From an uncultured virus (IMG/VR IMGVR_UViG_3300033075_000331) (lineage: Duplodnaviria > Heunggongvirae > Uroviricota > Caudoviricetes), in the IMG/VR virus record IMGVR_UViG_3300033075_000331: 64,000 bases of DNA; one strand, 5' to 3'. The position numbers and the translations under genes were made by a program. The notes below the pieces were generated by a model, which did no database searches, was not told the DNA's origin, and saw nothing but the letters and a program-made list of their open reading frames with translations. Below are positions 28,656-39,289 of the stretch, piece after piece. Numbering within the stretch: the first letter of the stretch is position 1; the number at the start of each line of letters is the position of its first letter.

Positions 28656-28927
28656 TGTTTTCTAGGAATATAGATAGTAGTTCCGGGCACAATATGCAGT
28701 GATCCATCTACTCGACGATTAGCCGCCGCAATTCGCCACCAATCCATCGTAGACCCAAATACATTTCGTGCAATCACGTCCATGCGATCCCGTTCATTTG
28801 CCACTAGATTGACGTCAGTATCTTCGTCAATAAGTACAGCACGAGGACGAGCCGACTTATATACACGACGACCATCTTCCAATGTCTTGATTTCAAGTTT
28901 TACGTATCGATCTTCTGGTCTTGCCAT
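28652..28927 (-). CDS. LysM/tail-X-like baseplate wedge protein
   Basis: DRMDVIARNVFGSTMDWWRIAAAN...PGTTIYIP pattern. Confidence 0.75.
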   Translation of the reverse strand: MARPEDRYVKLEIKTLEDGRRVYKSARPRAVLIDEDTDVNLVANERDRMDVIARNVFGSTMDWWRIAAANRRVDGSLHIVPGTTIYIPRKQ

Positions 28928-28928
28928 A

Positions 28929-30989
28929 TTAGAATCCTATTGGAATAAATGGTACAGCATTCGCAAACGTTTTCGCATCTTCTGTGCGTGGTACTCCAAA
29001 CGGATAGAAGACGCTATTGGCATTCATTTGGCTCTTTTCGATGATTGCAAATGCGATGTTCGCCGTAATGCCGTGCGGCGCTTGTGTGTTGTTCTTTTTA
29101 TCGATTTCCCATGAAATACCATCTTCAATTTGGTACGTAACTGAGGTCAAATACCCCGGTTGGTCTCGATACACGTCACCCAACGTCAATTTTACAAATG
29201 GAGGAACCATGAATCCGCTGTCATATTTTGATGGATAGCACAATCCCGTCAAATAGTTGAATTTGCGATACAATTTGCCCATTTCAGTGTCGTTGAATGC
29301 GTGAAGTTTCAATTGGAATGAGACTTCTCTGGATGTTCCGACATATACAACGTTGCGTTCAATACGTCCCACATAGCGGGTGTCACTCATTTCTGGCTTG
29401 ACACTTTCATTGATGTTGGAAATGAACGCTCGAAATGGAATAGTGGTCTTGTTGACAAAATCAAAGAACCATAGATCAATAAAATCATTGCTATCCTTGC
29501 GAATTGCGTCTATAGTCTTTCGATCTGTGTATGTTGTGCCACTCTTTTCATAGACCGATTGTTGATTGTCGTGTAAATATTGACGATGCCCCGTGCGTAC
29601 AGTTGGATCGATGGTAATATCCGAATCGCCCGTACGCGTTGGGGTGTATCCATCGCCCACGAGCCCACCGCCCATTGGATTACTCTTCCAATATGCCTTT
29701 GATTTCTTCGACTGTGCGGCCAACGTGTCCTTGATGAAATCCATGCGCTTGTCAGTGTCATACATGCTAGACAATGACGATTCTTTGAAGCGCATCTTAG
29801 ATTCAGCAAGGTTGTCATTGCCCGCAGGAGTGTTGAATTTGAACGTTGGGACAATGTTATTGGTCAATGATCCCACTGCGGTATTAAACGCGCTCACAAC
29901 CGATTTACGGATGCTGGCGAGAGCATTTGTGGCACTCTTCTTCGGGGCCAATGTCGCATTAAAAGGCGTTGGTGCGGCAGGACCATCACCTAACACATAT
30001 GGACGACGATTCAAGAATGCAAACGCAGAAATGGTGTCTACGTAGGAAGCTTCATCTTGATCAAAATTGAAATACCCCTCTTTTTTCGTAGCAGACGCAA
30101 TGAAGTATCGATGGGATGCGGCCATGTCTGCACGCACACCATTTCTACCGTTCGGTGCCTTTCCACGCAATGCCGTTGATACCGCACTCGCAATATTGGA
30201 AACCGCACCCTTGATATTGCCAGCACGTAAACTCAAAATTGCTGACTCGACATTACTCGACAGCGAATTGTTCTTTCGGACGGTGCCTTTCCACAACGCA
30301 ATAGAAAAGTATTCTCCCTTACCATCCACATTGAATTCTGGACGCTCATTGATTCCGAGAGACCCCTGATCTTTGAGAGATAGGATACCAGTGATTGCGT
30401 TGACGATTTTGTTAGGTGGAAGCATGGACAACAATCCTTGCGCACCAACCGTTCCCATCACACGTCCTGTGGCGTTCTTCGACGTCGAAACTTGTAAACG
30501 TCCTGCCTTGCCAATTTTACTATCAAGACTGGCGGGTGAAGGTCCGGTTGCGGTAGATTTCTTCCCTGTCAAGAAACTTGCTGCTGCCGATACAAGATTG
30601 GATGGAGAATCAACACTAAAGCTTGCCGGGGTGCTCAACGGACGACGCAAATGGATGTAAGGAACAACGTTACCCATGACAAATAACGGATTCAACAATC
30701 TCGTTTCTGAGAACGTATTTCCCGTTTGTAATGTCTGTTGTTTGACAAGGAACATCAATCCAGCGTTCGACTTTGAGAATTTACCCAATCGAGCTAAATC
30801 GCGTTTCACCGAACCAATAGGCAAAAAGCGAGAGTCGTTTTTGGTATCTTCGCGCGACTTGTCATATGGTTTGATTTCAACATACGGCTGATCGTTACGA
30901 CCACCGGGACCACCTTCGGTCGTTGAATGTGCATCGTATATTTGTCGCATTGACGCTGTAAAGCGTTCGTCCATTCCCTTAAATGCCAT
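28929..30989 (-). CDS. baseplate / tail-tube initiator protein
   Basis: Position after the tape measure gene; C-terminal FRAFI..INES...YVGR...PPFVKLTLGD...SWEI tube-fold-like region. Confidence 0.6.
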   Translation of the reverse strand: MAFKGMDERFTASMRQIYDAHSTTEGGPGGRNDQPYVEIKPYDKSREDTKNDSRFLPIGSVKRDLARLGKFSKSNAGLMFLVKQQTLQTGNTFSETRLLNPLFVMGNVVPYIHLRRPLSTPASFSVDSPSNLVSAAASFLTGKKSTATGPSPASLDSKIGKAGRLQVSTSKNATGRVMGTVGAQGLLSMLPPNKIVNAITGILSLKDQGSLGINERPEFNVDGKGEYFSIALWKGTVRKNNSLSSNVESAILSLRAGNIKGAVSNIASAVSTALRGKAPNGRNGVRADMAASHRYFIASATKKEGYFNFDQDEASYVDTISAFAFLNRRPYVLGDGPAAPTPFNATLAPKKSATNALASIRKSVVSAFNTAVGSLTNNIVPTFKFNTPAGNDNLAESKMRFKESSLSSMYDTDKRMDFIKDTLAAQSKKSKAYWKSNPMGGGLVGDGYTPTRTGDSDITIDPTVRTGHRQYLHDNQQSVYEKSGTTYTDRKTIDAIRKDSNDFIDLWFFDFVNKTTIPFRAFISNINESVKPEMSDTRYVGRIERNVVYVGTSREVSFQLKLHAFNDTEMGKLYRKFNYLTGLCYPSKYDSGFMVPPFVKLTLGDVYRDQPGYLTSVTYQIEDGISWEIDKKNNTQAPHGITANIAFAIIEKSQMNANSVFYPFGVPRTEDAKTFANAVPFIPIGF

Positions 30990-30991
30990 AT

Positions 30992-33592
30992 TTAGCCACG
31001 TGAAAATGCGGAGGTAATAGTTTCACCAACCTTTCGACCATCCATATGAATGACCTTTCCGTCTTTAGTTGCTGTAATGAGTTCTTGTAACAATGATTCA
31101 ATGTTCTTCATGCTAACAACCGTCATTGGATTTTGTACCGAATTGTCAACCTGCGTGTTTACACGTTGGTTGAGACGTGCTGCCATTGGATCGAGTTGTG
31201 TATCCGTTCCTACGATAGCAGGACCGTCGAATGCTGACATGCTGATGTTCTTCTGATACATCGACACACCACCCGACAAGCGAGCATTCGCCACTTTTCC
31301 AAGTTGTCCAAGTGAGGTAACCGACGTCATAACACGAGCAAGCCCCGACAACATTTGCGGAGTCAGCACGGCTTCCCCTTGTAACAGAATTGCCGGAACT
31401 TCCTTTGGCATCAATCCTTTGTGATAACGCGGAGACAGGTTGGTATCAATATATCCGCCAGAATGTTTGCGTCCTGCAATTGCCAATTGAGGAGGTATCG
31501 CATTTGCGGATTCTGATATGGATTTACCCGGCTTTCCAAAGAAAAATCCACCAATTCCAGTTGTAATGATACTGATGATTTGTTTCAAGAGGGCTGGAAT
31601 GGAGTTTTCACCTGTTAGCGCGTCCGTTACTGATGTTGCCAATGCTTCCTGCGTATCGTACGATTTTTGTTGTAATGTTCTTCCCTTTGGATCGGTAAGC
31701 ATGTTAGAAATATCACCAACCGATAGACCAATCGAACGCGCAATCAAGTTCTGTTGTGAACGTGTCATATCTTGGAAACCAGACAAACCTCCCACAGCAT
31801 CCTTCAACGCACCCAACACATCTTCTTCTGATCCGAACACAGATGCGTTACCGAGTGCACTTAGATCAACCCCCGGAGCAAAGACATTGAGACTTGCTTG
31901 TGCTTCCAAGAACCCTTCGAAGTCGGTAGAGAATTTGTTGGCAATGTCCATTACCTTACCGAGCGAAACGCCCATTTTTATGGCTTGAACATTCGCTCTG
32001 ATAAATGCGTCTGCGGTCTTTACTCCACCACGTGCCAATTCTTCCATGTTTTCCGCCATGGATTGTAGTAATTTCGCAGGAGATACGCCATTAGGACCAA
32101 TAGCAAATCCTTTCGCCATTTCAAATACACTTGTTGCTGCTTTGTCGCTACGACCCGAAATACGATAAACTTGAGCACTCAACGCCGCAGCAGCTTCAGC
32201 ACCCATCTTGAAATGAGTAACCATGATTTGAGCTTCGCGCGTCAAGTTTTCCGGAAGATCAAGTTGTCCTAATTGATTGGCGAGTGCAGCGCGCGTCTCG
32301 GCAATTTGCTCAGACGACGCCATGACTCCACGCTTAGCTAATGCAAATTGATCATTACGCGCAGCGCCAATTTGCGACTTGGCCTGATTACCTGTAAATC
32401 CAAGGTCTCGGAACGCCTTTAACGTATCAATAGTGCTATCAAACAACGCCTTAATCGCAAAGAGGATGAATCCCATCATTCCGATACCAATCATCTTCCC
32501 AATAAGCTTACCATTGCTCAAAATGGTTGTCGCAATAGCACTACCACTCTGTTGCCACGATTTAACCAATCCCATTCCGGGTAATTTATCCTTCATGTTC
32601 AACAAGAATTCTTGGGCATTGGCCATGCGATGTTGACCCAACAAATTATCCAAATTACGGGTTGCCACATCAATCTCAGCATTTGCCTCTTGCAATGCAC
32701 GAATCTGAGCATCAATAGCCGAACGTTCACTCTTCGTTGCTGCCTTGCTTGCCTCAATACGTTCCTTGAGCATCTTGCGCTGCGCATTGGCCTCGTTTTG
32801 CAACGTTTGCATACGAAGACGTAGCGCCTTCATTTCTGCGGCAGTGAAGTCTTTCTTGTTCGACGTGAGTTTTGCATCAATGCGAGCTTGTTCTGCCGCA
32901 AGTCGAGCGTCAATAGCTGCGCGTTCTGCACGTGTCTTTCCTTTCTTATCACGTGCCGCCATCGCCCCTAAATCGGTGCGTTCGTTTTGTAGGGAAGTAA
33001 TTTCATCTGCCGTCAATGGTCGAGAACCGCTTCGCAATTGTGAGCGAATTCCGGTTATCTCACCACGAGAGTTGGTCAAAATATCGGCACGTTGCTGTTC
33101 CATTGCGCGTTGTGCGGTTCTGGCGCGTGCCGCAATACGACGCTTTTGTAGGCCCGCCTCGGTGATCAAGTCATCATTGAGCGACATTTGTACAGATGCC
33201 GACTGCTTGATTTTTTGGATTTTGCGAGCCATGAAGAATTCTTTCTCAGAAACCCCGGCATCCCGAGCAGCAATACGTTCATTGCGGTTTTCTATCTCTC
33301 GCATCATCGACCCAACTGCTTGTAAATCTCTAGCGGCACGAGCAATCGAACGAGTGAATTCCGCTAAAAAGCGACGAGGGGCATCCGGTACACGGACCCC
33401 CTTATACGTCAACATGTTTCTGATTAACTGTTGCGTACCAGAATCAAAACGGATGTTGTGTAGCATACTGACAGCAGCGGTGGCAGAATTCTTTGCTGCA
33501 CGAATCTGCGCACCGCCCACTTGACGTTCAATTTCGGTCAGTTTTCTTAATGCTTTATCTAATTGCGCACTAATTGTTGGATCAAATGCCAT
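30992..33592 (-). CDS. tape measure protein
   Basis: 866 aa Ala-rich helical protein with a hydrophobic segment, C-terminal EVPAILLQGEAVL and MDGRKVG; downstream of the chaperone pair. Confidence 0.75.
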   Translation of the reverse strand: MAFDPTISAQLDKALRKLTEIERQVGGAQIRAAKNSATAAVSMLHNIRFDSGTQQLIRNMLTYKGVRVPDAPRRFLAEFTRSIARAARDLQAVGSMMREIENRNERIAARDAGVSEKEFFMARKIQKIKQSASVQMSLNDDLITEAGLQKRRIAARARTAQRAMEQQRADILTNSRGEITGIRSQLRSGSRPLTADEITSLQNERTDLGAMAARDKKGKTRAERAAIDARLAAEQARIDAKLTSNKKDFTAAEMKALRLRMQTLQNEANAQRKMLKERIEASKAATKSERSAIDAQIRALQEANAEIDVATRNLDNLLGQHRMANAQEFLLNMKDKLPGMGLVKSWQQSGSAIATTILSNGKLIGKMIGIGMMGFILFAIKALFDSTIDTLKAFRDLGFTGNQAKSQIGAARNDQFALAKRGVMASSEQIAETRAALANQLGQLDLPENLTREAQIMVTHFKMGAEAAAALSAQVYRISGRSDKAATSVFEMAKGFAIGPNGVSPAKLLQSMAENMEELARGGVKTADAFIRANVQAIKMGVSLGKVMDIANKFSTDFEGFLEAQASLNVFAPGVDLSALGNASVFGSEEDVLGALKDAVGGLSGFQDMTRSQQNLIARSIGLSVGDISNMLTDPKGRTLQQKSYDTQEALATSVTDALTGENSIPALLKQIISIITTGIGGFFFGKPGKSISESANAIPPQLAIAGRKHSGGYIDTNLSPRYHKGLMPKEVPAILLQGEAVLTPQMLSGLARVMTSVTSLGQLGKVANARLSGGVSMYQKNISMSAFDGPAIVGTDTQLDPMAARLNQRVNTQVDNSVQNPMTVVSMKNIESLLQELITATKDGKVIHMDGRKVGETITSAFSRG

Positions 33593-33619
33593 TCATGGTC
33601 TCTGTGAATCTACCCTCTA

Positions 33620-33877
33620 TTACATATCACTAAACCGTGCTTTTTCACTGGCCAGTTCCTCATCTGCCCGACGATAGTGCTCAGGGTAGAGGCGACGGCT
33701 CTCAGCTTCGTCAGCCCGAACCTTGGCCGACAGACGAGCAATTTCGCCTTGTAGCGGATGTTCAGCCACGACGGCATCGGCAAACGACACGTACCGCTCG
33801 CAGAGCCAGTCGATGAACCGAACGGGCAGCGGAGCCTTCTTCATCTTCGGAACCATGTGCTCAACCGGACCCATCAT
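33620..33877 (-). CDS. hypothetical protein
   Basis: 85 aa ORF between the chaperone and tape measure genes, with GAGG upstream. Confidence 0.55.
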   Translation of the reverse strand: MMGPVEHMVPKMKKAPLPVRFIDWLCERYVSFADAVVAEHPLQGEIARLSAKVRADEAESRRLYPEHYRRADEELASEKARFSDM

Positions 33878-33879
33878 AA

Positions 33880-34110
33880 CTACCTCGCCATTGGTGGTTT
33901 TGCGATTTGTGCTGGCATATCACTCGATACACCCTTCATCGCTGCTTGTTCCTTCTCTACTACCTTAACCATTTCCGATACGTAAAAGTTCCTAAGCCAT
34001 ACTGGCAGGTTGTACACCACATTCCATGTCCACCCGCCCCGTCCAAACGTCACCAGATTGAAGATCGTTCTATGCAGGTTAAGCTTATAGTCCGGTGTCA
34101 GGCCAAAGAA
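33880..34110 (-). CDS. gp51-like tail/baseplate assembly chaperone extension (probable +1 frameshift product)
   Basis: FFGLTPDYKLNLHRTIFNL...WTWNVVYNLPVWLRNFY begins inside the end of the upstream gene with no good ATG. Confidence 0.65.
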   Translation of the reverse strand, partial: FFGLTPDYKLNLHRTIFNLVTFGRGGWTWNVVYNLPVWLRNFYVSEMVKVVEKEQAAMKGVSSDMPAQIAKPPMAR

Positions 34111-34861
34111 ACGTAATCCCGATTGGGACGGTCTCCTCTGAGGTATGCTCGCAGTTCTGACACGAGAACGTGAACCGAAGGTCAATGTCTGGCATAATCT
34201 TGCGTCCGTACTCTCTGAAAGCCCTCGCATCACGCGTAGGAAGCGATTCTACGAACTTTCGGATATCATGTGGGTCCGTACTACCATCCACCGAGATAAT
34301 CGCTCTACGCATACGTGTCGTGACTTCTGGTGTGATATCGGACTTAAGTACCCGCTTGAGCCCGTCCAGTTCGGCTTGGATCGCCTTCTCGTCGGACTGT
34401 GTAAGTAATCTAAATAATACCGTCTTTTTTGTCAAGGGGGTTACGAAGACGAATTCGTTCTTGCCCTTGAGTTCGGCTGGGAATGGTACTTCCTTGTCCT
34501 TAAGCTCTTGTAAATCGATGGTGACGCTGTTCTTGGCTTCACATGCGGGGCATTCCATCGTCACTTCGTAATTACGCCCATATGCAAGGATACGAGCCGC
34601 CACGAAGATCGCGTTCTTGTCGCCGGATAGGATTTCAGAATATTTCACCCCTTTAGTCGCGATGACTGCTTCAAGGAATTTATCGACGACTGTTCCGCGT
34701 TGAATCAGGTTTGCCGACGTCAGAATATCTTCATGATACGCTGTTGGCGAATATAAGTCGATTTTTCCGCTAGAAAGTGGGTGCGTTGGTGGATAAAACC
34801 AACCACGTGACGGTAAATCGATTGTTTCCTTGTGCATTAGGGACTGTTCTACTTCTGCCAT
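34085..34861 (-). CDS. gp26-like baseplate hub / tail assembly chaperone
   Basis: LPSRGWFY, EDILT, GDKNAIFVAARILAYG and two CxxC motifs; ends FLWPD. Confidence 0.75.
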   Translation of the reverse strand: MAEVEQSLMHKETIDLPSRGWFYPPTHPLSSGKIDLYSPTAYHEDILTSANLIQRGTVVDKFLEAVIATKGVKYSEILSGDKNAIFVAARILAYGRNYEVTMECPACEAKNSVTIDLQELKDKEVPFPAELKGKNEFVFVTPLTKKTVLFRLLTQSDEKAIQAELDGLKRVLKSDITPEVTTRMRRAIISVDGSTDPHDIRKFVESLPTRDARAFREYGRKIMPDIDLRFTFSCQNCEHTSEETVPIGITFLWPDTGL

Positions 34862-34895
34862 ATTGAATAACCTCAAATAAGTGAACCACTATGTG

Positions 34896-34904
34896 TATAA
34901 ATAG
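34896..34904 (-). promoter_or_regulatory. promoter-like motif CTATTTATA (representative copy)
   Basis: Related copies lie 14-35 nt upstream of starts at 23723, 45410, 51451, 55709 and 58234, and further upstream of the scaffold gene at 61281. Confidence 0.6.
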
Positions 34905-34918
34905 CAGTTATGGACATT

Positions 34919-36865
34919 TTAGACTTCTAACACTGCTTCGTTTTCATCATCGACAATCTTGGATTCATCAATGTCGGTTGCATTCATGTTTTCACGCACG
35001 CGACGAACGAATTCTTTGAAGAATGACTTTTTCTTGGTCTTTTCGAGCGTGGCCTCATCAACTTTTCCATCAAGCATGAGCGAAATGGTCTTGTGTCGTT
35101 CATCCAGCAATTCCCACATGATTTCATCAATAGTATCTTGTACGATGAAGTAATTGACCTGTACTTGACGTGTCTGGCCTTGTCGGTGACTACGATCTTC
35201 AGCCTGTTCGTGAATCCATGGTACATAATACATGTTCAGATGGTTCACGACCGTTGAAACATGTTGTAATCCGTCAATTGCTTCTCCTGCGGCAAAGAGC
35301 GTGAAACAGCCGATCTTGGCTTTTCCGTCCACCATGGCATCTACCGCATTTTGACGAGCACGACTCGATAAGGTGCCGTCGATTAGTGCCGCATCTTTCC
35401 CATAGTGCTCAGCAAGACGTTGTGTCGGCTCTCGATATTGACAAAAGTTCAATACCGCTTCACCCTGTTCCAAATACTCATCATTGAGTTCAATAATAGA
35501 ATCCATCTTGATATCGAGTAGATATTTTTGGACTTGGTGCATTTCTGTTGCTGACGGCAGACCACCACTCCAACTTTTCAATACCTCTTTCATCAATTTC
35601 GTGTATTGTTCCTTTTGCGAAGGCGTCATTTCCACGTAGATAGGATTGTATTGTTTTTCTGGTAGGTCTTTTAGAACCTGTTTCTTTGTTCGACGAATCA
35701 TAATGTCTTTCAACTCGTCGTGTAATTTGTCCATATTGCGTGGCGCATCTCGTGGACCACCATATTTTTCAGTATAACGCATCCAATTACCAAAACGAGT
35801 TGGCGCAATGAATCGTAACAACGAAAATAGCTGTAAATGACTTTTGGTTACTGGTGTTCCACTCAAAAAGAGTACGTATGGCGTCTTGATCCCCGGATAT
35901 ATTGAACGTTCTTTCCAATTTCCAATGATCGCCTTTGTGCGCTTTGCATTTCTGTTCAGAATTTTGGTAATTTCGTCACAAATGAGAAATTCAAACTTCA
36001 AATTCAAGATTGCTTGTAAATTTTTCTCAACAATATCATAGTTCATGACGTGAAATTGTGCATCGAGATTGCCCGTATTCTTACTTCCGGTCCATATACA
36101 CGCATCATGACCTGTAATACGTCGAATTTGTCGTCCCCATTGAATTTTCGCATTCTTCGGAACGATCACCAGTGTACGCAAATTCTTGTAGACGCCATAT
36201 CCGATGCCTTGAAAAGTTTTTCCAACCCCCGGAGCATCACAATTGAGCGAACGCCCACCCGCACGCTCTGCAAATTTGACGCCCACTTTTTGATATCCAT
36301 ACAAATCAAATAAAAGACCCGGAATATCTAATTCTACATCCTCTTCATCGCGTATAGAATCCAATTCTTCTCGACGTTCCTTTTCGAATTTGTAGATTTG
36401 CTTAACACCCTCGTCAACGTCAATATTTTCTTTCGCAAAATACTGAGCACAGAACATTCCAAGTTGTTTGATTGACGTCGGATTGACTTGCCAGTAGAAA
36501 TGAGGTGCACCCACCCATTTTCTTGATTCAACGGATGCTTTAAATGCCTCTTTGATTTTCTCATCTTCGGGATTGTTAGCAGAATACGAAAACCGCACAC
36601 TGATCTTTCCATTGGGGAGTTCCCGTAGAGTGATCTTGCGCGGTTTTAGTTCGGATTTCGTCATTTGTGCCGTTGGCAATGCCAAATGCTCGACGCTTTG
36701 ACCGTCTAGTGCCAATGCTGCCGCCTCTGCCCATATACCAAGTTTGGGTTCAGAGCGCATCATTTCGACATATGCACGATCTGTGGTCAATACGTATCCT
36801 AATGTTCTTCCGCGATACGTTTTACCAATTGTCAGAACAACCTTGAATGTAGATGGATGAATCAT
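34919..36865 (-). CDS. SNF2-family helicase/translocase
   Basis: YQKVGV, DAPGVGKT, ICDEI, LSGTP, MIRRTK and QAEDRSHRQGQ motifs. Confidence 0.88.
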   Translation of the reverse strand: MIHPSTFKVVLTIGKTYRGRTLGYVLTTDRAYVEMMRSEPKLGIWAEAAALALDGQSVEHLALPTAQMTKSELKPRKITLRELPNGKISVRFSYSANNPEDEKIKEAFKASVESRKWVGAPHFYWQVNPTSIKQLGMFCAQYFAKENIDVDEGVKQIYKFEKERREELDSIRDEEDVELDIPGLLFDLYGYQKVGVKFAERAGGRSLNCDAPGVGKTFQGIGYGVYKNLRTLVIVPKNAKIQWGRQIRRITGHDACIWTGSKNTGNLDAQFHVMNYDIVEKNLQAILNLKFEFLICDEITKILNRNAKRTKAIIGNWKERSIYPGIKTPYVLFLSGTPVTKSHLQLFSLLRFIAPTRFGNWMRYTEKYGGPRDAPRNMDKLHDELKDIMIRRTKKQVLKDLPEKQYNPIYVEMTPSQKEQYTKLMKEVLKSWSGGLPSATEMHQVQKYLLDIKMDSIIELNDEYLEQGEAVLNFCQYREPTQRLAEHYGKDAALIDGTLSSRARQNAVDAMVDGKAKIGCFTLFAAGEAIDGLQHVSTVVNHLNMYYVPWIHEQAEDRSHRQGQTRQVQVNYFIVQDTIDEIMWELLDERHKTISLMLDGKVDEATLEKTKKKSFFKEFVRRVRENMNATDIDESKIVDDENEAVLEV

Positions 36866-37134
36866 TATCTCTGTAGACGATATCTCGGATATAATTGAGC
36901 ATCATTTGTTGTGATAGACCCACCACCAGCATTAGGGAATATCACTTTTCCGAGAATTGGCGTAGCAAACGATATACGCAATTCCGGAAATCGCAATTGC
37001 GCGATCCCCGGAATCCGTACACCTTTAACTTGGACAGTTTGTTCTCGGAATGTAATCTGTGATGCAGTAACAGGACGAGCATCCCCGTATAATGTTACAC
37101 CACTACCAGAACGAAATGTAAGTTGAATTGCCAT
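36865..37134 (-). CDS. hypothetical (probable virion) protein
   Basis: 89 aa ORF in the tail-fibre cluster. Confidence 0.55.
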   Translation of the reverse strand: MAIQLTFRSGSGVTLYGDARPVTASQITFREQTVQVKGVRIPGIAQLRFPELRISFATPILGKVIFPNAGGGSITTNDAQLYPRYRLQR

Positions 37135-37136
37135 GG

Positions 37137-39281
37137 TTATTCACTTGAGATTTTCACATAGACATTGACACCAGCGGGCAAACCAGCCGATGGGACGAAG
37201 CGACGACGCGTGTTTACCACGTCCGTTCCAACTCCACTTGTCCATGCCGACCCATTCCAATATTGGAATTCACCGTTTGTTGATGTATTACTACCTTGCG
37301 ACAACACCAACGCATCAGTATCACTGCGATAGTAATTGATCGTAAGAGTTGGTACTGATCCACCAAAGAGCGAAACTTGGTTGAACCCAACTGTACCATC
37401 TGAGGTATTGCTATCATTCAAGTTCCATTCAAATTGCGATGGTAGAACATCAGACGATTCATATGTGATGATGACCGACAATATACGAGCAGGAACACAC
37501 GCATGGCCCAATGTGCGGAATTCAAACTTAAACTGAATTTCCGGTGATCCTGCGATACCGTGCATATTACCTGCTTCCTGTACTGCGGTCCATCCACCCG
37601 AATTATCGTCAATACCGGAGGTACGATAGTACATTCTCCACGATTCCGTCGAAATCCCCAAATTCACTCCTCCCACGCGGCGGTCTTCAAATACCGCCAC
37701 TCGACTATACTGCGCACAGTTTGGCGTGAGAATTTTTGGAGTCAATAGATATGCCCCGGTTGTTGAGGCGTATTGACGTTCAGCTTCCAATGGGACCGCA
37801 TACATGTGGTTTGCAGAAGCTAACAACGAGTGACGGATAATATGCGATACACCCTTGTTTGTCCACAATGTCATAGGGCTTACGTTGGTACTTGGGTGTG
37901 GAGTTACTCCCGTATCAGCCGAAGTCTGATCCAGTTGTTGCGTATTTGTCAGGAAAATATGATCGAATGGGTTTGCAATCGTATTGTATTGGGTGACGAA
38001 TGAACGCGCACCACTCACATGCGTCGATAGCAATACCAATCGATCAATAGTGTCCATAACATCGATACTGGTTAATGCTGCCGTGGCGTTAAATGTTGAA
38101 GTACCTCCCGGTGGAACTTCTGACATGAAATCTGAGTTCCATGTCGTATTTCCCGTAGTCAGTGCCGATTCATCTGCTCTACGCACTTGTGAACGTGCAG
38201 TATAATACAGAGAAGGAGACCCCGAACCCGGCCCATGCCCTAATGTCCAATACAATAAGTTGTTGTTTTGTTCAATGAGCGCGGGCGTGATGGACTGCAT
38301 ACCAGTGACAACCTGTACTGTGCTCGCCGTGTCCGAACCGTTCAAGTTCGCTGGCATATTCAATGGCGCTCTGATATTATGCTTGATGATTTGACCCGCC
38401 ACAGTACCACCACCATTTAAACAGAACATGGAATGTGTCGTGTCTGACCATGAACTTGAGAAGTTTAGACCGGCGGATGCGGTGTGTCGATTTGTGGCAG
38501 CATCCATGAGTCGATGTACTCTACGAGTCGTGTCGCCTGTTACCAAAGATGCTGATCCAATAACTGTTGCCGGATTTTGGAACACCTGTGGTACAAGACC
38601 CTTTACAATATATAGCCCACCAGCACCAGCCGTGGCGTTTGTCGTGGTCAACGCAATCCAATAATCTTCCACAATGAACGGTGTGTTTGCAATTGGAGCA
38701 GGTAAGCTAGAACTTAGCAACATTGTTCCGCCTGATGGGAACGCTTTCGTTTCGTACCATGTAGAAATTTCGTTTGGATTGGTGGAACCAAACCCAATAC
38801 GCGATCCTGTCGTTACACGTCGTGCTGAAAAATCAAATGCAGACGCGGTAACCGATGTACCCACTCCGCTCAAAATAGAGCCCGTCCACGTGTATTTGAA
38901 CGCGTCCATTCCACGGATTGTATGGTTGGTCGTGGTATTGAGGGTTAGGGTAATAGCACCCTCCCAGTTGTATGCATTTGATACGTGACTATATCGATAC
39001 GCTTGAATACGTCGCGTTGCTGCTGCTGCGGCGAAGTCTGCAATAAACACAAGATCGGTTGTATCATTTTCTTCAACAACAACCGGAAAAATTCCGGGTA
39101 TTGCGAGTGCCTGTTCAACCGGACGCGCAAGCGCAATTGGATACGGACCTGCCCACACATTTTCTGGACCACCGGATTGACTTACCTGCGTCATAAGCGC
39201 GCCCAAAAACACCTTGCTTGCGGTGTATGAGCCAGTTGCTTCCACGGTTCCAAATCTAAATTCTTTTGCTACTAAAGTCAT
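37137..39281 (-). CDS. virion structural protein (tail fibre-associated, beta-rich)
   Basis: 714 aa Thr/Ser/Gly-rich protein in the fibre cluster. Confidence 0.55.
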   Translation of the reverse strand: MTLVAKEFRFGTVEATGSYTASKVFLGALMTQVSQSGGPENVWAGPYPIALARPVEQALAIPGIFPVVVEENDTTDLVFIADFAAAAATRRIQAYRYSHVSNAYNWEGAITLTLNTTTNHTIRGMDAFKYTWTGSILSGVGTSVTASAFDFSARRVTTGSRIGFGSTNPNEISTWYETKAFPSGGTMLLSSSLPAPIANTPFIVEDYWIALTTTNATAGAGGLYIVKGLVPQVFQNPATVIGSASLVTGDTTRRVHRLMDAATNRHTASAGLNFSSSWSDTTHSMFCLNGGGTVAGQIIKHNIRAPLNMPANLNGSDTASTVQVVTGMQSITPALIEQNNNLLYWTLGHGPGSGSPSLYYTARSQVRRADESALTTGNTTWNSDFMSEVPPGGTSTFNATAALTSIDVMDTIDRLVLLSTHVSGARSFVTQYNTIANPFDHIFLTNTQQLDQTSADTGVTPHPSTNVSPMTLWTNKGVSHIIRHSLLASANHMYAVPLEAERQYASTTGAYLLTPKILTPNCAQYSRVAVFEDRRVGGVNLGISTESWRMYYRTSGIDDNSGGWTAVQEAGNMHGIAGSPEIQFKFEFRTLGHACVPARILSVIITYESSDVLPSQFEWNLNDSNTSDGTVGFNQVSLFGGSVPTLTINYYRSDTDALVLSQGSNTSTNGEFQYWNGSAWTSGVGTDVVNTRRRFVPSAGLPAGVNVYVKISSE

Positions 39282-39289
39282 ATTAAATC

